This document shows, one piece after another, positions 9,101 to 16,325 of a DNA stretch of 64,000 nucleotides; position 1 is the first letter of the stretch, and every line of letters starts with the position of its first letter. Source of the stretch: Candidatus Peregrinibacteria bacterium. Lineage in GTDB: Bacteria; Patescibacteriota; Gracilibacteria; UBA1369; UBA12473. A model generated the notes under the pieces. The model saw nothing but the letters and a program-made list of their open reading frames with translations, did not search any database and was not told the DNA's origin. Location of the stretch: assembly GCA_018659585.1 (NCBI GenBank), contig JABJMC010000022.1:9104-73103 (forward strand), written 5' to 3'. Position numbers and translations under genes: made by a program.

Positions 9101-9144
9101 TAAGTGCCTCTTACGCCCAAAAAATAATCAAAAAAATCTTCTAA
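6112..9144 (+). CDS. Multidomain glycosyltransferase: N-terminal coiled coil with a 14-aa repeat array, GT2 domain, and GT1/GT4-like domain
   Basis: GTG start. aa 1-250 are heptad-rich, with the motif ERTKWAQ three times followed by the repeats. The GT2 part shows VSIIIPVYNAW, IIADDCSSD, FLNNDT and YFEDSDLAF. The C-terminal part (ILIIDHYVPHFDKDAGSR...GVKGKIIEAIAEGIPTVTT) is like retaining GT4 enzymes. Confidence 0.8.
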   Translation: MNSSDEEKNIVTQLKAELAEKTKWAFALTDAVEAQKETGDKLIFELEERTKWAQGLDQTVEEKNKLIKDLQKESQERTEWAQKIDKELTRERKEIQTLKSSLQEKEDSIQKLQANLQEREDSIQKLQANLQEREDSIQKLQANLQEREDSIQKLQANLQEREDSIQKLQANLQEREDSIQKLQANLQEREDSIQKLQANLQEKEDSIQKLQANLQEREDSIQKLQANLQEREDSIQKLQASLQEKEDFINRLNFIIQDHENTINIILNSRSYKLGYLLIQPLRILIPPRSKRRLLCKMFLGALRNPIKFFKTLRLKNIKKFLSASKKDGYDILIKKFDDHLNQRNLSAKKSGATPESISLFDDNLDTTKTIKFKKHKNPLVSIIIPVYNAWDYNYRCLLSIFENTHPDISYEIIIADDCSSDTTKDIKKHIKNIKVARPEENLGFLKNCNNAAKQAVGKYVFFLNNDTQVQKNWLKSLVDLIESDKSIGMVGSKLVYPDGRLQEAGGIIWQDASGWNYGRLNDPSNPEYNYLKEADYISGAAIMLSKKLWDEIGGFDERYVPAYFEDSDLAFEVRKHDFKVVYQPQSVVVHFEGISHGTDENSGLKKYQAINKEKFIEKWRETLEKEHFENGQDVFWARDKTKDKKTILIIDHYVPHFDKDAGSRTIYQYIELFVKLGYNVKFLGDNFYKHEPYTELLQQMGVEVLYGVWYLKHWQDWIKENSAQLDFVYLHRGHIASKYVDFIKENTAAKIVYNAVDFSFLRELRQYAITKDPQYLRQANQSKTREMNIFNLSDVIITISEHEKAVLKQQLPHKQITVIPTFIYDEEFPLSKNNNFNSRTDITFVGGFKHEPNEDGILWFLEKIYPILQKTIPKTRINIIGSGPTEKILKFQSDLINVTGFVSDEELKEYYSKTRVIIAPLRFGAGVKGKIIEAIAEGIPTVTTVVGAEGIPESKNILKITNSEEKFASKILSIYQDKKTWEQIRNDEINYSNKLLSASYAQKIIKKIF
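6418..6858 (+). repeat. In-frame tandem repeat: 42-bp unit, 10 full copies plus a partial 11th, encoding QE(R/K)EDSIQKLQANL
   Basis: Units begin at 6418, 6460, 6502 and so on up to 6796. Copies differ only by a few substitutions (aag/aga, atc/att, cta/ctg). The eleventh copy degenerates after about 20 nt. Confidence 0.95.
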
Positions 9145-9147
9145 CTT

Positions 9148-9993
9148 ATGAAAATTTTTGTAATTGGCAAAAACGGATTCATTGCCCAAAAAATTCTTCA
9201 TGAATTTCAAAATAAATACAACCTAATCCCAACCTCATCTCAAGCAGAAAAAGATGTTGTTTTTTTAGATCTCCAAACTCCAGAAAATTTCGATTATGAC
9301 CTGATTAATAAAGATGATTTTGTTATCCACTTAGCCGCCATCTCCTCCCCCGACGCCTGCGAACAAAACTATGAAACTGCTTATCAAATCAATGTTAAGG
9401 GTGCACAATTTTTCCTTAAAAAATGTTTAGAAAAAAACGCTAAAGTTTTATTCTTTTCTTCGGATGTTGTTTATGGAAACAGCGAAAACTGTTTTGACGA
9501 AAATTCCACCTGTGAACCATTTGGGGTATACGCCGAAATGAAACATGAAACTGAACAAGCACTTCTTGCCGAACCAAATGCCAAAATATTTAGACTTTCA
9601 TATGTTTTTGCAAAAAACGATAAATTCACTAATTACTTAAAAAACTGCGCGGAAAAAAACGAAGCCGCAGAACTTTTCCATCCTTTTTTTAGAAATGCAG
9701 TCTACCTTCAAGACCTAGTAGACGCCATCGAAGCTCTTATTAAAAACTTCGACCAGTTCGACAACAAAATCTTCAACATCTCCGGCCCTGAACTCCTATC
9801 ACGAAAAGATCTTGCCCAAATTTACCAAACCTACATTAACCAAAATTTAAAATTCAACATCGTTACCCCAGAAGAAAATTTCTTCAAAAAACGTCCAAAA
9901 AGCATCAAACTCAAATCCTTATACTTAAACAAACTCTTAGATCGCGAACCATTAGCTATTGAAAAGGCCATGCAGCTCGAGTTTAATAAGTAA
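9148..9993 (+). CDS. NAD(P)-dependent sugar-nucleotide reductase/epimerase (RmlD-like short SDR)
   Basis: Rossmann N-terminus MKIFVIGKNGFIAQKI, the motif SSDVVYG, and catalytic YAEMK (YxxxK). Confidence 0.6.
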   Translation: MKIFVIGKNGFIAQKILHEFQNKYNLIPTSSQAEKDVVFLDLQTPENFDYDLINKDDFVIHLAAISSPDACEQNYETAYQINVKGAQFFLKKCLEKNAKVLFFSSDVVYGNSENCFDENSTCEPFGVYAEMKHETEQALLAEPNAKIFRLSYVFAKNDKFTNYLKNCAEKNEAAELFHPFFRNAVYLQDLVDAIEALIKNFDQFDNKIFNISGPELLSRKDLAQIYQTYINQNLKFNIVTPEENFFKKRPKSIKLKSLYLNKLLDREPLAIEKAMQLEFNK

Positions 9994-10017
9994 GGACCTA
10001 CTATCTAATTAATTACT

Positions 10018-11031
10018 ATGGCGAAAAAAAGAGCACTAATTACTGGTATAACAGGCATGGTTGGATCACATTTAGCTGATTACCTACTTGAAAATACTGA
10101 TTGGGAAATCTATGGAATGTGTCGCTGGCGCAGTCCTATGGATAATGTTGAACATTTATTAGACCGCGTTAATAAACAAGACCGTGTTCATTTTCTTTAT
10201 GGCGATTTAAATGATTTTTGTTCTCTCTTAGATGTTCTTGAAAAGTCTAAACCAGATTATGTTTTCCATTTAGCGGCTCAAAGTTATCCAAAAACTAGTT
10301 TTGAATCACCTTTTGAGACCTTTAACACAAATATTATTGGAACCGCAAAACTTCTCGAAGCAATTAGAAAGCTAGAATTGGATCCAATTACTCATGTCTG
10401 CGCTTCCTCCGAAGTTTTTGGTCGAGTCCCCAAAGAAAAATTGCCCATTCATGAAGATGTTACTTTTCATCCAGCTTCACCCTACGCAATTTCTAAAACC
10501 GGAACTGATTTAGTAGGCCGTTTTTATGCCGAAGCTTATGGGATGACCGTGATGACAACTCGTATGTTTACTCACACTGGGCCTAGGCGCGGTGATGTTT
10601 TTGCAGAATCAACTTTTGCCAAACAAATCGCCATGATCGAAGCTGGTTTACTCCCACCCGTCGTCAAAGTTGGTAATTTAGATTCATTGCGCACTTGGGC
10701 AGATGTCCGTGACGCCATAAAAGCTTATTACATGTTAGTTACTAAAAACCCAATCCCCGGCGAATACTACAATATTGGCGGAACTTATAGCTGCACAGTA
10801 AAAGATATGCTCGATCACCTCCTTAGTCTTTCCACTAAAAAAGGCATTAAAGTTGAAATGGATCCAGAAAGATTACGCCCTATCGACGCTGACCTCCAAG
10901 TCCCAGATACTTCAAAATTCGAAAAACACACGGGCTGGAAACCAGAAATCTCTTTTGAGACTACAATGCTAGATTTGCTAAATTACTGGCGCGATCGCGT
11001 TGCCAAAGGTGAAAATTTTTGGAGTCGCTAA
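10018..11031 (+). CDS. Extended-SDR GDP-sugar 4,6-dehydratase / 4-reductase family protein (Gmd/Rmd-like)
   Basis: ALITGITGMVGSHLADYL, KPDYVFHLAAQS, SPYAISK (YxxxK), FTHTGPRRG, VKVGNLDSLRTWADVRD, and TGWKPEISFE resemble Rmd/Gmd sequences as I remember them. Confidence 0.65.
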   Translation: MAKKRALITGITGMVGSHLADYLLENTDWEIYGMCRWRSPMDNVEHLLDRVNKQDRVHFLYGDLNDFCSLLDVLEKSKPDYVFHLAAQSYPKTSFESPFETFNTNIIGTAKLLEAIRKLELDPITHVCASSEVFGRVPKEKLPIHEDVTFHPASPYAISKTGTDLVGRFYAEAYGMTVMTTRMFTHTGPRRGDVFAESTFAKQIAMIEAGLLPPVVKVGNLDSLRTWADVRDAIKAYYMLVTKNPIPGEYYNIGGTYSCTVKDMLDHLLSLSTKKGIKVEMDPERLRPIDADLQVPDTSKFEKHTGWKPEISFETTMLDLLNYWRDRVAKGENFWSR

Positions 11032-11615
11032 ACAAAAGCCTGCTCCACTAAGTCACAAATAATATGAATAATCAAAATATGCGATTCTTGAATTCGCGGG
11101 GTGTCTTTTGAAGGAACTTTAAGCATCACATCACACATTCCATCCATTTCTCCACCATCTTCACCAACTAAACCAATCACTAAGACCCCATACTTTTTAG
11201 CTTCTTTTATTGCTTCTACTACATCTTTTGAATTCCCAGAGGTACTAATTGCAAACAAAACATCCCCGTCCTTAGCCAGAGCCTCTACTTGCCGAGCAAA
11301 CACCCGACTAAAATCATAATCATTCCCAATCGCAGTTAAAGTCGAAGTATTGGTAGTTAAAGAAATCACCGGAAGTCCTTTTCGCTCTCTGCGATATTTA
11401 GACACTAACTCTGCAGTCAAATGCTGACTATCAGCGGCACTCCCACCATTTCCACAAACCAACACTTTCCCATCATTTTCTAAACAATTTACTAATTCGT
11501 TAGCTGCACTTTCAATACTTTCAATCAACTCATCAGAAAACGACTGTTTAATTTTTATACTTTCCTCAATTTGATCTTTTATATCTTGTTTCATAATAAA
11601 TTTTAAATTATCCAA
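11028..11615 (-). CDS. gmhA: Sedoheptulose-7-phosphate isomerase (SIS domain)
   Basis: VLVCGNGGSAADSQHLTAELV, LTTNTSTLTAIGNDYDF, and DVLFAISTSGNSKDV are classic GmhA motifs. Confidence 0.8.
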   Translation of the reverse strand: MDNLKFIMKQDIKDQIEESIKIKQSFSDELIESIESAANELVNCLENDGKVLVCGNGGSAADSQHLTAELVSKYRRERKGLPVISLTTNTSTLTAIGNDYDFSRVFARQVEALAKDGDVLFAISTSGNSKDVVEAIKEAKKYGVLVIGLVGEDGGEMDGMCDVMLKVPSKDTPRIQESHILIIHIICDLVEQAFV

Positions 11616-12640
11616 GTAGTAAGCCCATCATAATCAAATGCAAACGAAACATCTTTTAACCCTAAATCTAAAGCTTTTTGACGAACGTGACACCTTCGCC
11701 CGGGACGACAATAAAAAAGCATATGCCCCCCACCTCCAGCACCAGTAATCTTCCCACCAATTCCTCCAACTTTTTGTAACTTTTCATAAATTTCATCAAT
11801 AGAACCAGTACTTATTTTTGAGCTTAATTTCTTTTTTTCTTGCCAAGCTTCATCAATAAGTTCTCCAAATCGATTAAAATCACCTTTTATCAAAACTGAT
11901 TTAAGCTGAGCAGTTAATTCCTTGGTCCGATGCATAGCTTCGATTGATTTTTTATCCTTTTTTAAATTTTCAACCTGGTCAGTAATAACATCTCCCGAAT
12001 CTTCTCTTTTCCCAACATTAAGTAATAACAAATCAGATTCTAATTCCAATAAATAGTCAGGCTTTAAATTAAAAGGATTCACCCGCACAAAATTATCACC
12101 TTTAAACTCAATAAAATTAATCCCACCAAAAACCGTAGCATATTGATCTTGTCGTCCTCCGGCATTATTTAGTTTTTCTCGTTCCAAATAAAAAGCCAAT
12201 TCCGCCAACTCATAATCATCAATACGATACTCTCGCCCTAATCTGTTAAAAATCCCTATCACACTCGCAAACATCGAAGCCGAACTCCCTAATCCTGATC
12301 GCGGCGGGATCTCACAATTAGTATGAATTTCAAACCCATGTGGATGTTTTTCAAAAAAATGTGGGTGATGTTCTTTGAAATACAAAATCACTGACTTTAC
12401 CAAATCCAATTCTCCATTCAATTCAATTTTCGAAATATCTTCATATTCAAGGCGAAGATTTAAATCATACGAATCTAAAATTATTTTCTTATCATCCCGA
12501 GGGATAAAAGTCGTATAAGCATATCTATTAATAGCGGCGTTTAAAACAACTCCACCATATTCTTCAGTGTAGGGGCTCAGGTCAGTCCCTCCCCCACCAA
12601 AGCTAATTCTAACCGGAGCACGTGATCGTATTATTGGCAT
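11603..12640 (-). CDS. GHMP sugar kinase, probable D-glycero-alpha-D-manno-heptose-7-phosphate kinase (HddA-like)
   Basis: GHMP motif PPRSGLGSSASMFASVIG and a C-terminal GKITGAGGGGHMLF. It lies between gmhA and a nucleotidyltransferase. Confidence 0.65.
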   Translation of the reverse strand: MPIIRSRAPVRISFGGGGTDLSPYTEEYGGVVLNAAINRYAYTTFIPRDDKKIILDSYDLNLRLEYEDISKIELNGELDLVKSVILYFKEHHPHFFEKHPHGFEIHTNCEIPPRSGLGSSASMFASVIGIFNRLGREYRIDDYELAELAFYLEREKLNNAGGRQDQYATVFGGINFIEFKGDNFVRVNPFNLKPDYLLELESDLLLLNVGKREDSGDVITDQVENLKKDKKSIEAMHRTKELTAQLKSVLIKGDFNRFGELIDEAWQEKKKLSSKISTGSIDEIYEKLQKVGGIGGKITGAGGGGHMLFYCRPGRRCHVRQKALDLGLKDVSFAFDYDGLTTWII

Positions 12641-13332
12641 AAATTAATCTTATGAAATTCCTCTACAAATTGATTATAAGTGTCAAACGTCCCTATATCA
12701 ATAAAGTATCCATCTTGAACCTCCCACCCATAAAAATCTTTTTTAAGTTTTTCGAAAATCTCATACTCTAAAGAAAACTCCCCCTCTGGCATTAAATCCA
12801 AAATACCTTTACTCATCACACAAACTCCCGCATTTATTAAACCTGCTTCTTCTTGAGTTTCAATTGAGGCAAAGGTTGTAATTTCAGAGTCCTCATTCAT
12901 TTCAACAAAACCGGAATTCTGATTTCTTTTTATCAATTTAAGACTCATGGTACACAAAGCTTGTTTCTCCTTATGAAAATCCATTAACCCCTTCAAATCT
13001 AGCTCCAAAAAAGTATCCCCATTAACAACTACAAAATTATCAGCCACTAAATCCTCCGCTAATTTTATAGCTCCTCCGGTACCTAATGGGTTTTCTTCAA
13101 TTGTATATTTAATAGTAACTCCCCAGGCAGAACCATCCCCAAAATAATCTATTATTTGCTCTCTTAAGTACCCAACCGCCAAAATAAAATCATTAGCTCC
13201 TTGTCCTTTATAGTATTCAATCAAATACTCAAGAAAAGGCTTCCCGTCAATTGGGACCATTGGTTTAGGAATATCATTAGTTAATGGTCGCAGCCGTGTG
13301 CCCAACCCGCCACAAAGAATTAGAATTTGCAT
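12631..13332 (-). CDS. Sugar-1-phosphate nucleotidyltransferase, probable D-glycero-alpha-D-manno-heptose-1-phosphate guanylyltransferase (HddC-like)
   Basis: The N-terminus MQILILCGGLGTRLRPLTNDIPKPMVPI is the NTP-transferase signature. The internal ATG at 13332 is preferred over the track start at 13350. Confidence 0.65.
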   Translation of the reverse strand: MQILILCGGLGTRLRPLTNDIPKPMVPIDGKPFLEYLIEYYKGQGANDFILAVGYLREQIIDYFGDGSAWGVTIKYTIEENPLGTGGAIKLAEDLVADNFVVVNGDTFLELDLKGLMDFHKEKQALCTMSLKLIKRNQNSGFVEMNEDSEITTFASIETQEEAGLINAGVCVMSKGILDLMPEGEFSLEYEIFEKLKKDFYGWEVQDGYFIDIGTFDTYNQFVEEFHKINLCQ

Positions 13333-13376
13333 GGTTGAAATATAATACATTATTCAAATAAACCCAACCTTACGCT

Positions 13377-13865
13377 ATGATAGGAGCCATGAACAAAGCT
13401 ATTTTCTTAGATCGTGACGGAACCCTAAACTACGATGACGGGTATACTCACAAGCCATCTGACCTAAAAATATACGATGGGGTAATAGAAGGACTTAAAG
13501 AATTACAAGACCTCGGATACCTCCTTATTATTATCACCAATCAATCTGGGATTAACCGTGGGTTTTATGATGAAAACCAAATGAATGAATTCCACGAAAC
13601 CTTATTATCTGAGCTAGGAGTTAAAATCGAAAAAATCTACTTTTGCCCACATAAACCAGATGAAAATTGTGATTGCCGCAAACCCAAACCAAAACTTCTC
13701 CAAAAAGCCCTTCAGGAATTCCATTTAACTCCCGAGGAATGTTATTTTGCTGGAGATAAAGATTCAGACATTCAATGTGGCCTAAACGCTGGCACCAAAA
13801 CTTTCCTAATTACACACTCCAAAGGAGGCACTTTTCAAGATCTGGTTAAACTAATTAAATCGTAA
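13377..13865 (+). CDS. gmhB: D,D-heptose 1,7-bisphosphate phosphatase (HAD-IIIA)
   Basis: FLDRDGTLN (the DxD nucleophile), ITNQSGI, the zinc motif CPHKPDENCDCRKPKP, and GDKDSD. An alternative start lies at 13389. Confidence 0.75.
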   Translation: MIGAMNKAIFLDRDGTLNYDDGYTHKPSDLKIYDGVIEGLKELQDLGYLLIIITNQSGINRGFYDENQMNEFHETLLSELGVKIEKIYFCPHKPDENCDCRKPKPKLLQKALQEFHLTPEECYFAGDKDSDIQCGLNAGTKTFLITHSKGGTFQDLVKLIKS

Positions 13866-13951
13866 ACAAAAATCTATAACACTTCTTCCTTGCCCCCCTC
13901 CTCTTCTTAATTTAAAGTAAAAACGTTTTTATAGAATTCTAAATTTTTCTC

Positions 13952-15250
13952 ATGCTTGATTTAAATATTTTCCGCGACAACCCAGAAGTCGTCAAAGCAG
14001 ACCTCAAAAAACGCAACATAAATGAATCTATTGTTGATGAAGTTGTTAAACTCGATGCTGAAAATCGTGCCGAAATGCAAAAAGTAGAAGAAGCACGCGC
14101 TCAAAAAAACGCAGCTTCTGAAAAAATCGCCAAACTAGATGGTGAAGCTAAGCAAACCGCCATTTCTGAAATGAAAACAGTTGGGGAAAAAGAAAAAATC
14201 GCTCACGAAAAACAACAAAAAATCGAAGCTGACCTCAAAGAAAAATTAGCGAACATCCCCAACCTAACTCACGAAAGCACTCCCGCTGGGCCAGATGAAA
14301 GTGGTAACACCGTCATCGAAACCCACGGCACTCCACGCAAATTTGATTTTGAGCCCAAAGATCACGTTGAACTTGGCGTAAATCTAGGAATTTTAAATAT
14401 AGAAGATGCTGTTCGAATGTCTGGATCCCGCTTTGCTTATCTTATGGGCGAAGCCGCTCTACTTGAATTTGCGCTCATTCAGTTCGCCATGCACAAACTT
14501 GTAAGTAAAGGGTTCAAGCCAGTCGTCCCGCCAGTCTTGGTCCGCGAACAGGCTATGTATGCAACTGGCTTTTTTCCCGCGGACCGCAACCAAATCTATC
14601 ACGTTAATCCTAAACAAAGTGAAGACGATGACGAAAACGATGATCTCTATCTAGTAGGGACTTCCGAAGTGCCATTAACCATGATTCACGAAGGAAAAAT
14701 CCTAGATGCGGCCGAGCTACCACTAAGGTACGCTGGTTTTTCAACCTGTTTCCGCCGCGAGGCCGGCACCTACGGTAAAGACATGCACGGCATCATTCGC
14801 GTCCACCAATTCGACAAAATTGAAATGTTCTCTTTCTGCCACCCAGACAAATCTTGGGACGAACACGAACTAATCCGCCAAACCGAAGAAGAAATCATGC
14901 AAGACCTCGGCCTCGCTTACCAAGTGGTAAACATTTGCTCTGGAGATCTCGGCTTCCCAGCTGCCAAAAAATACGATCTCGAAGCCTGGATCCCAACCCA
15001 AGACAAATATCGCGAACTTACTTCTTGCTCCAACTGCACTGATTATCAAGCACGCCGCGCTCGCATCCGCTATAAAAACCCCGAAACCAACAAAAACGAA
15101 CACCTTCACACTTTAAATGGTACTGCTATCGCCATCGGACGCACCCTGGTGGCCATCATGGAAAACTACCAAGAAGCCGATGGCTCCATCAAAATCCCAC
15201 CAGTACTCCATCCTTATATGAATGGGATTACGGAGATAAAGAAGACTTAA
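13952..15250 (+). CDS. serS: Seryl-tRNA synthetase
   Basis: N-terminal coiled-coil arm (MLDLNIFRDNPEVVKADLKKR) and class II motifs FRREAG, HQFDKIE and GTAIAIGRTLVAIMENYQ. Confidence 0.9.
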   Translation: MLDLNIFRDNPEVVKADLKKRNINESIVDEVVKLDAENRAEMQKVEEARAQKNAASEKIAKLDGEAKQTAISEMKTVGEKEKIAHEKQQKIEADLKEKLANIPNLTHESTPAGPDESGNTVIETHGTPRKFDFEPKDHVELGVNLGILNIEDAVRMSGSRFAYLMGEAALLEFALIQFAMHKLVSKGFKPVVPPVLVREQAMYATGFFPADRNQIYHVNPKQSEDDDENDDLYLVGTSEVPLTMIHEGKILDAAELPLRYAGFSTCFRREAGTYGKDMHGIIRVHQFDKIEMFSFCHPDKSWDEHELIRQTEEEIMQDLGLAYQVVNICSGDLGFPAAKKYDLEAWIPTQDKYRELTSCSNCTDYQARRARIRYKNPETNKNEHLHTLNGTAIAIGRTLVAIMENYQEADGSIKIPPVLHPYMNGITEIKKT

Positions 15251-15268
15251 CCAATCCTTTTCCCAATC

Positions 15269-15297
15269 TTGCCTTTACCTGTAATTACATGTATAAT
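15269..15297 (+). promoter_or_regulatory. Sigma70-like promoter candidate: TTGCCT-N17-TATAAT
   Basis: -35 at 15269-15274 and -10 at 15292-15297, about 60 nt upstream of the ATG at 15357. Confidence 0.4.
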
Positions 15298-15356
15298 ATA
15301 TTGAAGTAAATTGGCGCCCAGAGAACCCTTAAAAGCGCCCTAACTAAAAACCTCCC

Positions 15357-16103
15357 ATGCTAATCACACTTTCAACTGAATCTTTAAAAGGTTATGGGTT
15401 AAATCGAGTCTTTCGCTTTGCCAAAGAAGCTGGCTTTGACGGTATAGATTTAGCCATGGAAAACGGTCACTATGACAGTTTAGACGTCGATTATATTAAA
15501 GAACTAAGCAATGCGCTCAGCCTACCGATTGTAGCCATTCAAACCCCAAAAGCCACTTCCAAAACTAAGGTAGAAGAAGCTATTCGCATGGCTAAAAAGC
15601 TTGGAACTCGCATTATTGTAATTCAGCCACCCAAGTTATTAGATGTAAAACTAGCAAAATGGCTTCGTTCCGAAATCCCCAAGATTCGTCAAAAAGAAAA
15701 TATTTCGATTGCCTTAGAAAATGCTTCTTCCAAAACCATGTTTGGATTCATCCCTGAATACGCCATGGCCAGTGTTGGAGAACTCAAAAAATTCAAACAC
15801 GCTTGTTTAGATACTTCTCGAGCTGCGGAAAAGAAAGAAGACGTCATTCGCATTTATAGCGCTCTTAAAAAATATTTAGTGCACATTCATCTTTCCAATA
15901 TCTATCGCAACAAACCTTACGCTCCCCCAGAAACTGGCAGCCTTCCCTTAGAAAGTCTTCTTTCTAAACTTAAAGCTGATAAATTCAAAGGAGCCATTTC
16001 TATCAGAGTAAAACCCAAAAACTATCACGTTGGGAATGAAGACAAAATGATGGAAAGCCTAAAGAGCTCTCTCAAATTTTGTCGCAAATATTTAGAAGGA
16101 TAA
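15357..16103 (+). CDS. Xylose-isomerase-like TIM-barrel protein (sugar phosphate isomerase/epimerase family)
   Basis: Its length and pattern (FAKEAGFDGIDL..., IALEN, VHIHLSN) are typical of AP_endonuc_2/TIM-barrel proteins. The specific function is unknown. Confidence 0.55.
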   Translation: MLITLSTESLKGYGLNRVFRFAKEAGFDGIDLAMENGHYDSLDVDYIKELSNALSLPIVAIQTPKATSKTKVEEAIRMAKKLGTRIIVIQPPKLLDVKLAKWLRSEIPKIRQKENISIALENASSKTMFGFIPEYAMASVGELKKFKHACLDTSRAAEKKEDVIRIYSALKKYLVHIHLSNIYRNKPYAPPETGSLPLESLLSKLKADKFKGAISIRVKPKNYHVGNEDKMMESLKSSLKFCRKYLEG

Positions 16104-16193
16104 TTTTTAAAAAATCGCTCTCCTGTTAAATTGTTTTTAAACAATGTTTTTAATAAATTGCAATAGATTTTTCTGAAACAGGTTAATTTTCCT

Positions 16194-16221
16194 TTGACAT
16201 AAGGAGAACTGTGAGTAGAAT
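16194..16221 (+). promoter_or_regulatory. Sigma70-like promoter candidate: TTGACA-N16-TAGAAT, upstream of rpoB
   Basis: -35 at 16194-16199 and -10 at 16216-16221. Confidence 0.4.
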
Positions 16222-16325
16222 AGCTCTGCGCTTTTCTTATATATAAGAGTGTGTTGAGGAAGAACCTAAGTAAAGCACAAACCTGGGATTTACTCCCTTT
16301 ATTCGTTACTTCCTCATGCTTTTCT

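Noticed and set aside
16251-16325. Longer N-terminal extensions offered by the ORF track: rpoB from GTG 16251, ssb from 19858, rplF from 38793, adk from 42091, rpoA from 47111, the nucleotidyltransferase from 13350
   Set aside because: Each extension overlaps the upstream gene or adds non-conserved residues before a canonical N-terminus that begins at an internal ATG. The internal starts are preferred.
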